Shown piece by piece: positions 18,918 through 28,491 of a DNA stretch of 64,000 bases (positions within the stretch are counted from its first letter, which is position 1; every line of letters starts with the position of its first letter). Source of the stretch: Nitrososphaerota archaeon (GTDB taxonomy: Archaea; Thermoproteota; Nitrososphaeria_A; Caldarchaeales; Calditenuaceae). The translations under genes were made by a program, and so were the position numbers. The stretch covers positions 544,001 to 608,000 of the forward strand of contig JBEPYO010000001.1 of the NCBI GenBank assembly GCA_041641295.1, given 5' to 3'. Under the pieces are notes generated by a model, which was not told the origin of the DNA, made no database searches, and worked only from the letters and a program-made list of their open reading frames with translations.

Positions 18918-19493
18918 ATGTCGTCGCATCTCATACGGAGTTTCGTGGCAGTTGACGTATTCTCGCCGGAGATTGTCAGAGGAGTTAGGGCTATTCAGCA
19001 GGAGCTGATAGAGGCCGGGGTCTTGGGTAAGCCGGTGGACCCTGAGAGCCTCCACATAACTCTCATCTTCTTGGGCGAGCTGGAGCCTCCGGTTGTTGAG
19101 AGGGTTAAGGAGCGTTTATTAGGGATTGAGGTTAGGCCGATGCGCCTATTGTTGAAGGGTGTTGGATACTTCCCGGGCGGTTCTAGGGTAAACGTCATCT
19201 GGATAGGCGTCGAGGATGTTGATTCTCAGCTTACGGCGGTCCAGCGTGAAGTGGTTTCGAGGCTCTCCGAGCTGGGATTCACACCCGACAAGGACTTCAA
19301 GCCCCACATAACAATCCTAAGGGTCAAGGGCGTCAGAAACAAGTCGGAGGTCCTATCAAAGCTATCCCGGCTCTCCACCCACACTGTGGGAGAGATCGTA
19401 GTAGATAGGGTCAAGCTTAAGAAGAGCACACTCAGGCCTGAAGGCCCGATATACGAGGACCTACACGTCTATGGGCCTACCCAGTCTGCTTAA
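18918..19493 (+). CDS. thpR: RNA 2',3'-cyclic phosphodiesterase (2H family)
   Basis: RSFVAVD and two HxT motifs (LHITL, PHITI). Confidence 0.9.
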   Translation: MSSHLIRSFVAVDVFSPEIVRGVRAIQQELIEAGVLGKPVDPESLHITLIFLGELEPPVVERVKERLLGIEVRPMRLLLKGVGYFPGGSRVNVIWIGVEDVDSQLTAVQREVVSRLSELGFTPDKDFKPHITILRVKGVRNKSEVLSKLSRLSTHTVGEIVVDRVKLKKSTLRPEGPIYEDLHVYGPTQSA

Positions 19494-19857
19494 TAGCCAG
19501 CCTAATCTCCTCGCTCTTCCTCAAGACGCTTAGAAGGGAGTCTATAGTCCTCGCGGTCTCCTCTATCTCGCTCAGGTCCACAGACTCGGCAAGCCTGCCA
19601 GTCAGCTCGTCTATCTTCCCGACTACAACACCCTCGAGGCTGGTTAGGACGATGGGTAGGAGGGCTCTCCCAGACTCTGCCTGATCCCTCACAACCACTA
19701 CTGGCTTATCACAGGCAACGCATCTAAGCTCCCCTCTTATCTCGAAGAGCGGGTTGCCGCAGGCAGGGCATGTCTGTGCAAGCATCTTCCCCCCGGCCTT
19801 CAGCACCTCGCTCATCCTCTTTACAACGTCGTCCCTGCTCAGAGCCACCACCCTCAC
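19477..19857 (-). CDS. UPF0148/autoantigen p27-like zinc-ribbon protein
   Basis: LKAGGKMLAQTCPACGNPLFE...CVAC. Confidence 0.8.
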   Translation of the reverse strand: MRVVALSRDDVVKRMSEVLKAGGKMLAQTCPACGNPLFEIRGELRCVACDKPVVVVRDQAESGRALLPIVLTSLEGVVVGKIDELTGRLAESVDLSEIEETARTIDSLLSVLRKSEEIRLAIKQTG

Positions 19858-19891
19858 CTAGCCTTGGGCGCGGAGGATATAAACACGATAT

Positions 19892-20563
19892 TCACACTCC
19901 GCCTGTTTCCGAGCCCTCTACGAGCTTCTCAACCTGCTCCAACGCCTCCAGAATGTCCCCCGCGTGGACATCTGCCCAAATACTTGGCCTACCCCCCACC
20001 TTAACAGTAAACATCCCCATAATCTTCGCCGTCCGCAGCTCCGCTATCGCCCTATCTCCCACATATATGCACTCCTCAGCCCTACAGCCGGCGGACAGTA
20101 GGAGAAGCTCGTAGCCCTGTGGGGAGGGCTTCGGCGCCGCGTCCTCGCTGGTCACTATGATGTCGAAGAGGTCTGGTTTTAGGCCGAGGGCGGAGAGGAC
20201 CTTCTTGGTCAAAGCCCTTCCAGCGTTGGTGTGTAGGGCGATCTTGACTCCGCGGGCCTTAATCCTTCTTAACACATCTTCAACTCCTATACGAGGCTTT
20301 ATGTGGCTGGCCGGCTCCACCATGCGGGAAAGCCTCTCATAGAACTCTGAGCGTGGAATCCCGAGAAGGTCGAGGCTCGCGCTGGTGGTGAGGACGCGGC
20401 TCTTCGCCTCCGCCAGCCTCCTAGCAGCTGCCTCAGAGCTCACGCCAAGCATCTCAGCGACCAAGGCGACAATAGCCTTCTCCAGCTCCTCCACATAGCT
20501 GCGGGAGGAGTAGAGCGTCCCATCCATGTCCAGAGCTAGGAGCCTAAACCTCCTCCGACCCAC
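19892..20563 (-). CDS. HAD-superfamily hydrolase
   Basis: DMDGTL, HTN, KPSP and YVGDR motifs. Confidence 0.9.
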   Translation of the reverse strand: MGRRRFRLLALDMDGTLYSSRSYVEELEKAIVALVAEMLGVSSEAAARRLAEAKSRVLTTSASLDLLGIPRSEFYERLSRMVEPASHIKPRIGVEDVLRRIKARGVKIALHTNAGRALTKKVLSALGLKPDLFDIIVTSEDAAPKPSPQGYELLLLSAGCRAEECIYVGDRAIAELRTAKIMGMFTVKVGGRPSIWADVHAGDILEALEQVEKLVEGSETGGV

Positions 20564-20636
20564 CCGGCCAGACCTCCTCTAGAGCCAGAGGATTCGGCGA
20601 CATAAGCATATAAAAGACCACCACCACGTATACCTT

Positions 20637-20828
20637 GTGAGTACAGGCCAGCGAGTCCTATACCAATGCGTAAAGTGTGGGAAAGTCTTCGAGAGGGAGC
20701 GGGTCTTCAAGGGGACAGGCATTAGATGCCCCTTCTGCGGCTTCCCAGTCCTGAGGAAGGCTAAGCCAGAGACCGCCAAACTGATAAAAACATCTAAACT
20801 ATCTGAGGAGCAGAAACTCTTCTTCTAG
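20637..20828 (+). CDS. rpoP: DNA-directed RNA polymerase subunit P (Rpo12)
   Basis: YQCVKCG...IRCPFCGFPVLRK. Confidence 0.85.
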   Translation: MSTGQRVLYQCVKCGKVFERERVFKGTGIRCPFCGFPVLRKAKPETAKLIKTSKLSEEQKLFF

Positions 20829-21340
20829 AGCTTGGAATAGATCTTGTCCCACTCTTCCTCGTCCTCAACCTCATCCTCGAGGAGTTCCTCAAAGAGCTCG
20901 TGAGTAACATAGTCCGTGTCCCTATACTTCCTGACCATCTCGTTGTAGAACTTGATGGCGCAGGCCTCACTCTTCAAAACGTCTTCGACCAGTTGCTTGA
21001 TGTTGGTGGGGTCTTTGGGTGGAGGTATGTATCCGCAGCCAGAGGTTGCGAGGAGCTTCGCGAAGTCTAGAACCGGCTCGCCTCCTAGCTGGATTATCCT
21101 CTGAGCCAGCTTCTCGGCATGCTTCAGCTCGTCTTCAGACTGTTTGAGGAGAATAGGCCTCAGCGTATCCGCGTCAATCCCCCTGATCCACTGGGCGGCA
21201 ACCCAGTACTGGTAATGCGCCAGCCACTCATCGGCATAGGCCTTCAGCAGGTCTGACAAGACCTCGTTAATATCTGCCTTAACTATAGAACGACCTGTCT
21301 TACCCAACACCGATACACCAACTAAATCACCCCACCCCAA
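20825..21340 (-). CDS. DPS-like ferritin-superfamily protein (DpsL)
   Basis: AYADEWLAHYQY, EDELKHA, RIIQLGG, conserved Cys pair (SGC, EACAI), EDEVEDE. Confidence 0.88.
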   Translation of the reverse strand: MGWGDLVGVSVLGKTGRSIVKADINEVLSDLLKAYADEWLAHYQYWVAAQWIRGIDADTLRPILLKQSEDELKHAEKLAQRIIQLGGEPVLDFAKLLATSGCGYIPPPKDPTNIKQLVEDVLKSEACAIKFYNEMVRKYRDTDYVTHELFEELLEDEVEDEEEWDKIYSKL

Positions 21341-21447
21341 CTAAAAAAGACTTCCCCAGACTACAAGACACTGAAGGAGCCGTCTAAACACGCCCTTTGG
21401 AGGGGATATCGTAATATTTATCCCCCTCAAAAATAGAGCTTGGAGAG

Positions 21448-21532
21448 GCGGGGGTCGCCAAGTCTGGTCAAAGGCGCAGGGCTGAGGCCCCTGTCCCGTA
21501 GGGGTTCGTGGGTTCAAATCCCACCCCCCGCA
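21448..21532 (+). tRNA. tRNA-Leu(GAG)
   Basis: Cloverleaf with anticodon arm CAGGG-CTGAGGC-CCCTG, long variable arm and GTTCAAATC T-loop. Confidence 0.96.
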
Positions 21533-21641
21533 CTGCCTTGCTAGTGAATTGTTAATTCGACTAGATGGGGTGTCCCATGGTGAGTGGTGTTTATTTGGGT
21601 TTGCAGGTTGGCCGTGTATCTCTTTGCCAGTGGAGGGTTCG

Positions 21642-22775
21642 TTAGATTTCCGGCAGGTCAGCTAGGAAACGCTTGTTCAATGCATAGTAGGCCGTTGTCA
21701 TGAAGCCTACGATGAATATTATCAGGACTCCTAGGACTGCGATGACTAGCATGTATGGTATCTCTATGTAGAGGTTTGAGAAGACGAGTGGAGGTAATCC
21801 TTTATCTCCGAGCAATACGAGGTAGGGAAATCGTCCGGCGTCGTTGATGTATTCGCCGAGTATCACCACCAGAATTGCTAGTGGTCCGAGGCCGAGGGCG
21901 AGTCGTGTGACCTCACCAAGTCCCCGCTTGACTCTCCTCCAGATGACAAGAGACAATGCTGCTAGTGACGCTATGACCACCAGTTTACCGGTGAACATTG
22001 GTAGAAGGTTATATGTAGCTTGCACCCCTCCGAGGATGTTATTGTAGAGTAAGGGGGCTTTCTCGCTGAGGGATAATAGGTACCAGAGTCCGAGGATAGG
22101 CTGTAGTGCGAGGAATAGAACTCCGTGCCAAAGGCCAATCCACAGGAATTTCGGCGAGGTGTTACCCCTGATAGCGAAGAACGATGCAGTTATGAATCCT
22201 CCAACAGACATGGCCCCAGCCACCGTGTGGAGTATTAGGGGCGGGTAGATCGGGTTGAGGAAAACTTGGAGCCGCGCCAAGTCTCGTGAACCCTCTAGCG
22301 CCGCAGCGATTCCATACGGAGATGTTATTTCGGCGAAGATGTATCTGAAGCCCATGGGAACCGCGAAGCCTGAAACCGCCATTATGAACCCAATAACTAC
22401 GTGAATACTGGGCTTGACTTTGCCCCATGTATACCAGAACAGGGCTATGCTAGGTATCCGGATTATTATCGCAGAGAGTGCGATGAGGATTGGGTAGAAG
22501 AGAGTGTCTGTGGCGATGGCTAGGAGGGTTGGGAATAGCCCTGCAAGGATGACGGTAATGATTGTCCCCCATACACCGCTGAAAAGTTCATGCACGATAA
22601 GGATTTTGAATACACGTCTCGCCATGATTTCGAGTGAGGGGTCACTTCGACGCCACGCCAGATAACGGGCCATCGCAGATATCCAGCCCGTGCCTATTGT
22701 AATGTTGACGAAGGCTATGTGAACGAGTGTAGCCAATCCTAGGAGATTAAAGCTGAAAAGCTCTGACGTGTTCAC
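21642..22775 (-). CDS. Cytochrome bd second subunit of CydA' type (CydA paralog, not CydB)
   Basis: Keeps CydA-like LVHIAFVNITIG, ILHTVAGA and DAGRFPY; no Q-loop; 4-nt overlap with cydA. Confidence 0.78.
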   Translation of the reverse strand: MNTSELFSFNLLGLATLVHIAFVNITIGTGWISAMARYLAWRRSDPSLEIMARRVFKILIVHELFSGVWGTIITVILAGLFPTLLAIATDTLFYPILIALSAIIIRIPSIALFWYTWGKVKPSIHVVIGFIMAVSGFAVPMGFRYIFAEITSPYGIAAALEGSRDLARLQVFLNPIYPPLILHTVAGAMSVGGFITASFFAIRGNTSPKFLWIGLWHGVLFLALQPILGLWYLLSLSEKAPLLYNNILGGVQATYNLLPMFTGKLVVIASLAALSLVIWRRVKRGLGEVTRLALGLGPLAILVVILGEYINDAGRFPYLVLLGDKGLPPLVFSNLYIEIPYMLVIAVLGVLIIFIVGFMTTAYYALNKRFLADLPEI

Positions 22776-24346
22776 TCCTCAACACCCGCCCCTCTTCTCA
22801 GTAGTTTAACAAATTCGAGCGGCTTAACTGCGACGAGGTACATCCCATAGAGGCCACCCAAGGCCATGGCTGCGAAAAGAAGCGTAAAAGCAATGATAAC
22901 AGGGGTGGAAAAAGATACCGGCGTTACAAGCTCTTCAGGATATAGGAGCCCGTAGACCGTCCACGGCTTTCTGCCAACCTCGCGAACATACCACCCAAGG
23001 GCCGAGGCTAGAATAGAACCCAGCAGAGTCAGCAGGGCTAAAAGGAATAACAGGTTCTTCCCACCCAAGCGCTTCTCTATAATTCGTACAACACTAGAAA
23101 TAAGCCCCAAGTTGTGGACGGAGCCAGATAGTGCCACAACCGAGACGAGAGCTATGACGCCTGCGGCTATTTTTGTGTAGTACGCCGCGTGTATTGTAGG
23201 TAGCCGTTTCTCAGCCTTGGAGAGGTCTTGGAGGCAGAGGTCTGAGAGCCTGATGCTTCCGGAGGGGCCTGGTCTATAATCTGGAACAACTTCGTAGGCT
23301 ATATCCGCAATAGTCTCGTCCCCGTGCTTTCCGCATGCTCGCCGGAGCTCATCAAATCCTTGAATCGGTCTAGACGGGTCTCCATAGGCGAGGAAGGCTA
23401 GTAAGGGGTTTTGGATGGTTGTTTCGGCTCCCTCCATCATGGCAAACTTAGTGGGCATGAAGGCTGCGACGGCTTTCCCCATGTTGTCACCGAAGACGAT
23501 CGGCTGTATAATGAGTAGTACTAGCAGAATGGGTAGGAAAGACTTGAGGAGTTTTACGTATTTCTGGTCCCCTGTCCTGAAGTGTTTGTACGAAAATGCG
23601 GCGGCTGCTAGTGCTATGCCAATGATGACGGCTGCTGTTACGTTGTGGAGCACGCTCGCTAGAGCATATGGGGACGAGAGGGCGATATATGGGTCGCTTA
23701 GCGATAGGCCGACTGCCTTGGCTATCTCAGGGTTCTGCAGTATCTGTGACGCTGTGCCAACTGTGAGGAGGCTATCAACTAGGGCTAGCTTGACAGTTAC
23801 AAGAACGGGTATTTGGAATGCGGCTGGACCGTATTCAGGGAGGAAGGGGTAGAGGACGGAGGCCAGCGGACCAGTCCCCCACGGTACGTTCAGCCAGCTG
23901 TTAACCATTGTTATCAGCATCCCGGAAAAGGCTGCAAAGACGAAATACCCAGCCATTAAGCCGATGCTGACCCACATCCTCACCCATCTCAGGGTCACGA
24001 TAAAGGCTATGAGGAAAACGATTTCTCCGATGAAGGCAGCCAACTCTAGTACTAGGGGTGTAAAGGCTACGGTTGATATTGCATAGATGGAGCCAGGCCA
24101 TGCCTGAACAAGCCCAAACTCAACCAGTGTGCCTGTTATGGCCCCGAGGGCGAAGTTGACGGCTAAAACACCTGTCGCAATCCGCGCAGCCACATAGTAG
24201 TCATTATCCTTAGTCCTAGCCCATTTGTATAGAAACGCTGAAATGACGAAGGGAAAACCCAGCGTCACGGATACGAAGACCGCGTGTAGATAGATTCCTA
24301 GGATGCTTACGGGCATCAGAGCAGAAACGTTATCATAGGCTGCCAC
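22772..24346 (-). CDS. cydA: Cytochrome bd quinol oxidase subunit I
   Basis: YLHAVFV, GTLVEFG, LHNVTAA, Q-loop PTKFAMMEG, GWYVREVGRKPW. Confidence 0.92.
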   Translation of the reverse strand: MAAYDNVSALMPVSILGIYLHAVFVSVTLGFPFVISAFLYKWARTKDNDYYVAARIATGVLAVNFALGAITGTLVEFGLVQAWPGSIYAISTVAFTPLVLELAAFIGEIVFLIAFIVTLRWVRMWVSIGLMAGYFVFAAFSGMLITMVNSWLNVPWGTGPLASVLYPFLPEYGPAAFQIPVLVTVKLALVDSLLTVGTASQILQNPEIAKAVGLSLSDPYIALSSPYALASVLHNVTAAVIIGIALAAAAFSYKHFRTGDQKYVKLLKSFLPILLVLLIIQPIVFGDNMGKAVAAFMPTKFAMMEGAETTIQNPLLAFLAYGDPSRPIQGFDELRRACGKHGDETIADIAYEVVPDYRPGPSGSIRLSDLCLQDLSKAEKRLPTIHAAYYTKIAAGVIALVSVVALSGSVHNLGLISSVVRIIEKRLGGKNLLFLLALLTLLGSILASALGWYVREVGRKPWTVYGLLYPEELVTPVSFSTPVIIAFTLLFAAMALGGLYGMYLVAVKPLEFVKLLRRGAGVEE

Positions 24347-24565
24347 ATACAGCGAGAGTGATGCTAATACACATTAACATTTTACCTCTGTTTTACAAAT
24401 TAAAATTTAGACATATTCATGTTTATTTAATTGCTCAAGACTACACTCCAGACATCATAGCGTTTTGGGGTGTTGGATAGAGCCCTCTATTTTTGGTTGT
24501 TATTGGTTTTTAGATGCCTCGAAAAATTGTGTATCGATTATACTGTCGGGATGGTAGGGTAGGAT

Positions 24566-24862
24566 TTAGGAGGCTCCGAGTATGAAGAATGCGATGGCTA
24601 TTCCGTAGATGGCTAGGGCCTCTCCGAAAGCGGCGATGATTATTGCCACCGTCCTGACTTCGGGCCTCTCGGCTGATGCTGCGAGCCCGGCCGATCCTGC
24701 TCGGGATATGGCGAAGCCGGATGCGAGGACTGCTGCGCTGAAGGCTATGGCGGCGGCGAAGACCTTGCTGAAGATGTCGGACGTAGCCTCAACAGCGAAG
24801 ACAGCCGGTAGCAGCGACATGGCCAGTAGCGCACCATTGATTATGTGTATTCTCGTATTCAA
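24566..24862 (-). CDS. atpK: A/V-type ATP synthase proteolipid (subunit K/c)
   Basis: GSAGLAASAERPE...AAFGEALAIYGIAIAF with the ion-binding Glu. Confidence 0.88.
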   Translation of the reverse strand: MNTRIHIINGALLAMSLLPAVFAVEATSDIFSKVFAAAIAFSAAVLASGFAISRAGSAGLAASAERPEVRTVAIIIAAFGEALAIYGIAIAFFILGAS

Positions 24863-24998
24863 GGTGCTTCGGCTCTAAAGATAGGTACTCACATATATAC
24901 CGTAGGCACAGGCTATCCCGGCGCCCCCGCGCCTCTTTTGTAGCAGGCGAGTAGTGTGGAAAAATAGAAATTATGCGTCGCAGAGGAGGGGGGGCGGT

Positions 24999-25472
24999 AT
25001 GCCTGTCAAAGTTGGGGACAAGGCTCCGGATTTCTCGCTGCCCGACCAAGACAGGAATCTGAGGAGGCTATCCGACTATCGCGGCAAAAAGGTTGTATTG
25101 GTCTTCTTCCCAGGCGCCTTCACCTCTGTATGCACGAAGGAGATGTGCACCTTCCGGGACAGCCTCTCCCAGTTCTCAAAGCTGAACGCAGAGGTCATCG
25201 GAATAAGTGTTAACGACCCCGTCACGCTGAAGGCCTTTGCTGAGCATAACAAGCTCGGCTTCACGCTGCTCTCGGACTATTCGAGGGAAGTTGCCAAGAA
25301 ATATGCAGGGCTCTATGAGGATTTCCTCGGGTTGAAGGGATACTCGGTGGCTAAGAGATCAGTCTTCATAATCGATAGGGATGGTGTCGTGAGGTATGCT
25401 TGGATTTCTGAGGACGCTGGTAAGGAGCCGGACTACAGGGAGGTAGCGGCGGCTCTCGAGAAGATTAGCTGA
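24999..25472 (+). CDS. Peroxiredoxin (BCP/PrxQ type)
   Basis: [33 protein letters not shown]; ATG at 24999. Confidence 0.92.
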   Translation: MPVKVGDKAPDFSLPDQDRNLRRLSDYRGKKVVLVFFPGAFTSVCTKEMCTFRDSLSQFSKLNAEVIGISVNDPVTLKAFAEHNKLGFTLLSDYSREVAKKYAGLYEDFLGLKGYSVAKRSVFIIDRDGVVRYAWISEDAGKEPDYREVAAALEKIS

Positions 25473-26232
25473 GCATTACGGTTCCGCCGTCCACCACTAT
25501 CACCTGCCCGTTCACGTAGCTGAATAGGTCTGAGGCCAGTGCGAGGGCCACGGTAGCGACTTCCCGCGGCTCCCCCCACCTCTTCATCGGAGACTCTTGG
25601 GCGAGCCTCCTCCTCTCTGCGGGTTTGAGGCGTCTATAGGTCGCGCTGGTTCTGATGTTTCCAAGCGCTAGGGCGTATGTCCGTATTCTGAGCCTGTCGT
25701 ATTCCGCAGCTATCAACTTCATAAGCCCGATCAGTGTGAGCTTGGCTAGAGAGTAGGCGGCTCCATACCTGTACCATGTGAGGGCTGGTGTGGAGGATGT
25801 GAAGATCATTACTCCTCCTCGCCTACTCATTATCGGTATGGCTGCCTGGGCTAGGCTTAGGGCTGTGTAGAAGTCTGCGGCCATTATGTCTCTTATGGTG
25901 TTGATGTCTAGCTTGTCTATGCTTTTATACCATGTTGATGGTTTGAGTCTGGCTCCTACGTAGCTGACTATTATGTCAAGCCCGCCTAGTTTTTGGGCCG
26001 CGGCCTTCACCACCTTGGCCGCTTCGCCCGGCCTGGTTAGGTCTGCCGGGATAGGTATCGCCTCTCCTCCCCGCGACTTTATCTCTGACGCCAGACCCCT
26101 CAACAGGCTTGCGCGCCTCGCCACCAGTGCGAGCCTCGCCCCGTGTTCTGCGAAGACCCTCGCTGTCTCCTGCCCTATCTCGCTCGTCGCCCCCGCTACG
26201 AGCGCCCGCCTCCCTTCTAGGAGCATAACCAT
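25465..26232 (-). CDS. Short-chain dehydrogenase/reductase
   Basis: [13 protein letters not shown] catalytic motif, [12 protein letters not shown]. Confidence 0.9.
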   Translation of the reverse strand: MVMLLEGRRALVAGATSEIGQETARVFAEHGARLALVARRASLLRGLASEIKSRGGEAIPIPADLTRPGEAAKVVKAAAQKLGGLDIIVSYVGARLKPSTWYKSIDKLDINTIRDIMAADFYTALSLAQAAIPIMSRRGGVMIFTSSTPALTWYRYGAAYSLAKLTLIGLMKLIAAEYDRLRIRTYALALGNIRTSATYRRLKPAERRRLAQESPMKRWGEPREVATVALALASDLFSYVNGQVIVVDGGTVMLS

Positions 26233-26698
26233 CTACTTCAGCCGGGTCTCGTATAGCTTTATCATGGCCAGATGCCTCGGCACTTTCCAGCGAGACATGG
26301 ACAGTATCCTCAGCGCCTACTTCGCGGAATATCCAGCCCCTCCCCAGAAACCTCACTGCGAGGACTGGCTTGGGGTTGAACTCACCGCCGCAATGAGGGC
26401 ACCTGATCCTAAAGAGCTCTGTGAACCTGAGCAGCCTCTCAAGCTGGTCGGGCCTGACGTATATAGAGGCCCTGTTCGTCGACTTCACCTCTATTGCGTA
26501 GAGCTCCCCATCCTCGACTACTAGTAGGTCGGGCTTGTATGTCTTACCTGTCCCACTCCCGGGTGTCCTCACCGCATAGTAGCCGGGCTTGTTGAGGGTA
26601 GTGAACTTCTTCATCAGATAGTATTCGCCCTCGTAGCCTATTCGGAGCCTGTAGGACCTCTTGAAAGGGGAGGCCGGCCTCCGCGGCATGAATATCAA
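25976..26698 (-). CDS. hjc: Hjc-like Holliday junction resolvase (PD-(D/E)xK) with zinc-knuckle insert; 3' end anomalous
   Basis: GYEGE, YAVRTPGSG, PDLL, AIEVKST, CPHC; reading frame runs 257 nt into the SDR gene. Confidence 0.75.
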   Translation of the reverse strand: MIFMPRRPASPFKRSYRLRIGYEGEYYLMKKFTTLNKPGYYAVRTPGSGTGKTYKPDLLVVEDGELYAIEVKSTNRASIYVRPDQLERLLRFTELFRIRCPHCGGEFNPKPVLAVRFLGRGWIFREVGAEDTVHVSLESAEASGHDKAIRDPAEVDGYAPRREAGARSGGDERDRAGDSEGLRRTRGEARTGGEARKPVEGSGVRDKVAGRRGDTYPGRPNQAGRSGQGGEGRGPKTRRA

Positions 26699-26890
26699 CC
26701 ACGCTCGGGGAGGCTATAAGGAGTTCACAACTCAAGGCTAGGAGAGGCTACGCTGGTCATAACCCGGATTGATTCGCATTCTGAGAATTTAATCGAATTA
26801 TACCCTATTCACGGTTCATGCATTGCCGTGAAAAGGTGTGCATGATTGTCTTCCAGTTTAATACCGTCTTAGGGGATGTGGGCTTGGTGA

Positions 26891-27244
26891 GTGGCCTTGG
26901 CATGCTTCATCACACCTCTGGTTGTAGCAATTCTGTTGAGCATGGTTGGAAGGGCTGCTCCGAGCTGGGGGAGGCGGCTTGGGCCCCTCAGTCTACTGAT
27001 GTGGGGTGGAGCAGTTGGTCTTATGGCAGACCATGTCGTAAATGGGGAGCTGGCTCCTCGGCCGCCATTCCTGACAGGCTGGAACCCGGCGGCTGGCCTA
27101 TATCCTCTCCTCGAGGAGGTGCTGTTTACCGGCGGTCTTATAACCGCGTCGATATCCACTCTCTGGATGTTCGCTCTCTTGATTCATAGGTCCCGCGCCG
27201 CAGCTAGTTTTACTAAGATTCGAGGCCCGTTTAGGAGCAGCTAG
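26891..27244 (+). CDS. Small membrane protein
   Basis: Three hydrophobic segments; LMWGGAVGLMADHVVNGEL. Confidence 0.6.
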   Translation: MALACFITPLVVAILLSMVGRAAPSWGRRLGPLSLLMWGGAVGLMADHVVNGELAPRPPFLTGWNPAAGLYPLLEEVLFTGGLITASISTLWMFALLIHRSRAAASFTKIRGPFRSS

Positions 27245-27318
27245 ACATGCCAGCTGGTTCGCGACACCCTGTGGACTAATGTTTAAATGTGAATTTTATT
27301 GTCTAGCGGCTAACTAAC

Positions 27319-28491
27319 ATGAGTAGGGCTAGGCAGCTCACTATACTCTCTCTGAGCCACTTCGTCAACGACCTGTACGGCAGTGTCCTCCCACCGCTCT
27401 ACCCATTACTGGCTAGTATCTACAGCCTCACCTATGCGTCTGCAGGACTCTACACCGCGGCCTACCTCTTCTCCAGCGCCCTCCTCCAGCCCATATTCGG
27501 ATACGTCTTCGACAAGTATAGGTGGTGGTTCATGCTTCCCCTCTCACTTGTCCTCGGCGCCGTCGGTATAGGTGCGGTAGGGTTGGCCGCGGGGTTTGAA
27601 GCCTCGCTTCTATTCGTCGCAGTTGCTGGGACAGGCTCAGCAATATTCCATCCAGTAGCCTCGGCCTACTCCTCCTACAGCTCCGCTAGACGAGGCCTCC
27701 TCTTCTCCGTGTTCATGATAGCTGGCAGGATCGGCGCGGCCGTGGCTCCCTTCCTCGCTCTGAGGGCCACGGATGAGTGGGGTCTCTACGGCTTGGCAGT
27801 GTTTGCTATACCCGCACTACTCATCCTATACTTCACCATCAGGATTGGGGAGTATGAGGGGACTAGGCCTAATGGAGCATTCGTAGAGGGCGGTAGGCAT
27901 GAGACAAGGTTACTAGCGAGGGGCAAGCTTCTAATCCTCACAGCGCTCGTCGGGCTTACGGGCATAGGCGCACAGATAGCAGCTAATGGTGTCGTCAGTT
28001 TCATCTCATTCTTGGCAGTTGCAAAGGGGCTTGGACAGGGGTTCGGCGGCCTACTCCTGACGGTTCATTTCGTTGGAGCGATAATTGGTGTTCCCTTGAC
28101 CAGCTACTTATCCGACCTTAAGGGCAGGTATGTAGTCTCGATATTTTTGCTGGGTGTGGCCTCCCTCCTCCTCATGCCCCTCCCCCTCCTCGACCCAAGC
28201 GGCATGGTCCTCGCCTCTGCAGTCCTAGGCGCCTGCTTCATATCACTCCACACCCTCTTAATCCTGATTATGCACGAGATTATGCCGGAGCACAAGGGCC
28301 TGGCCACCAGTGTGATATACGGGGTTGCACTGGGTGGTGGTGGACTCCTGACACCCGTGATAGGTTACATGATAGATGTGGGCGGCTTCACTACTGGATA
28401 CACGGTCCTATCGGTAATCGGCCTGCTCTCACTGATGCCGCTGGCGGCCGTGTGGCGGCTAAGAAGAGGGGTTAGCCCTATTCCTCCCTAG
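27319..28491 (+). CDS. MFS transporter (Fsr-like)
   Basis: SHFVNDLY, QPIFGYVFDK, AIFHP. Confidence 0.9.
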   Translation: MSRARQLTILSLSHFVNDLYGSVLPPLYPLLASIYSLTYASAGLYTAAYLFSSALLQPIFGYVFDKYRWWFMLPLSLVLGAVGIGAVGLAAGFEASLLFVAVAGTGSAIFHPVASAYSSYSSARRGLLFSVFMIAGRIGAAVAPFLALRATDEWGLYGLAVFAIPALLILYFTIRIGEYEGTRPNGAFVEGGRHETRLLARGKLLILTALVGLTGIGAQIAANGVVSFISFLAVAKGLGQGFGGLLLTVHFVGAIIGVPLTSYLSDLKGRYVVSIFLLGVASLLLMPLPLLDPSGMVLASAVLGACFISLHTLLILIMHEIMPEHKGLATSVIYGVALGGGGLLTPVIGYMIDVGGFTTGYTVLSVIGLLSLMPLAAVWRLRRGVSPIPP

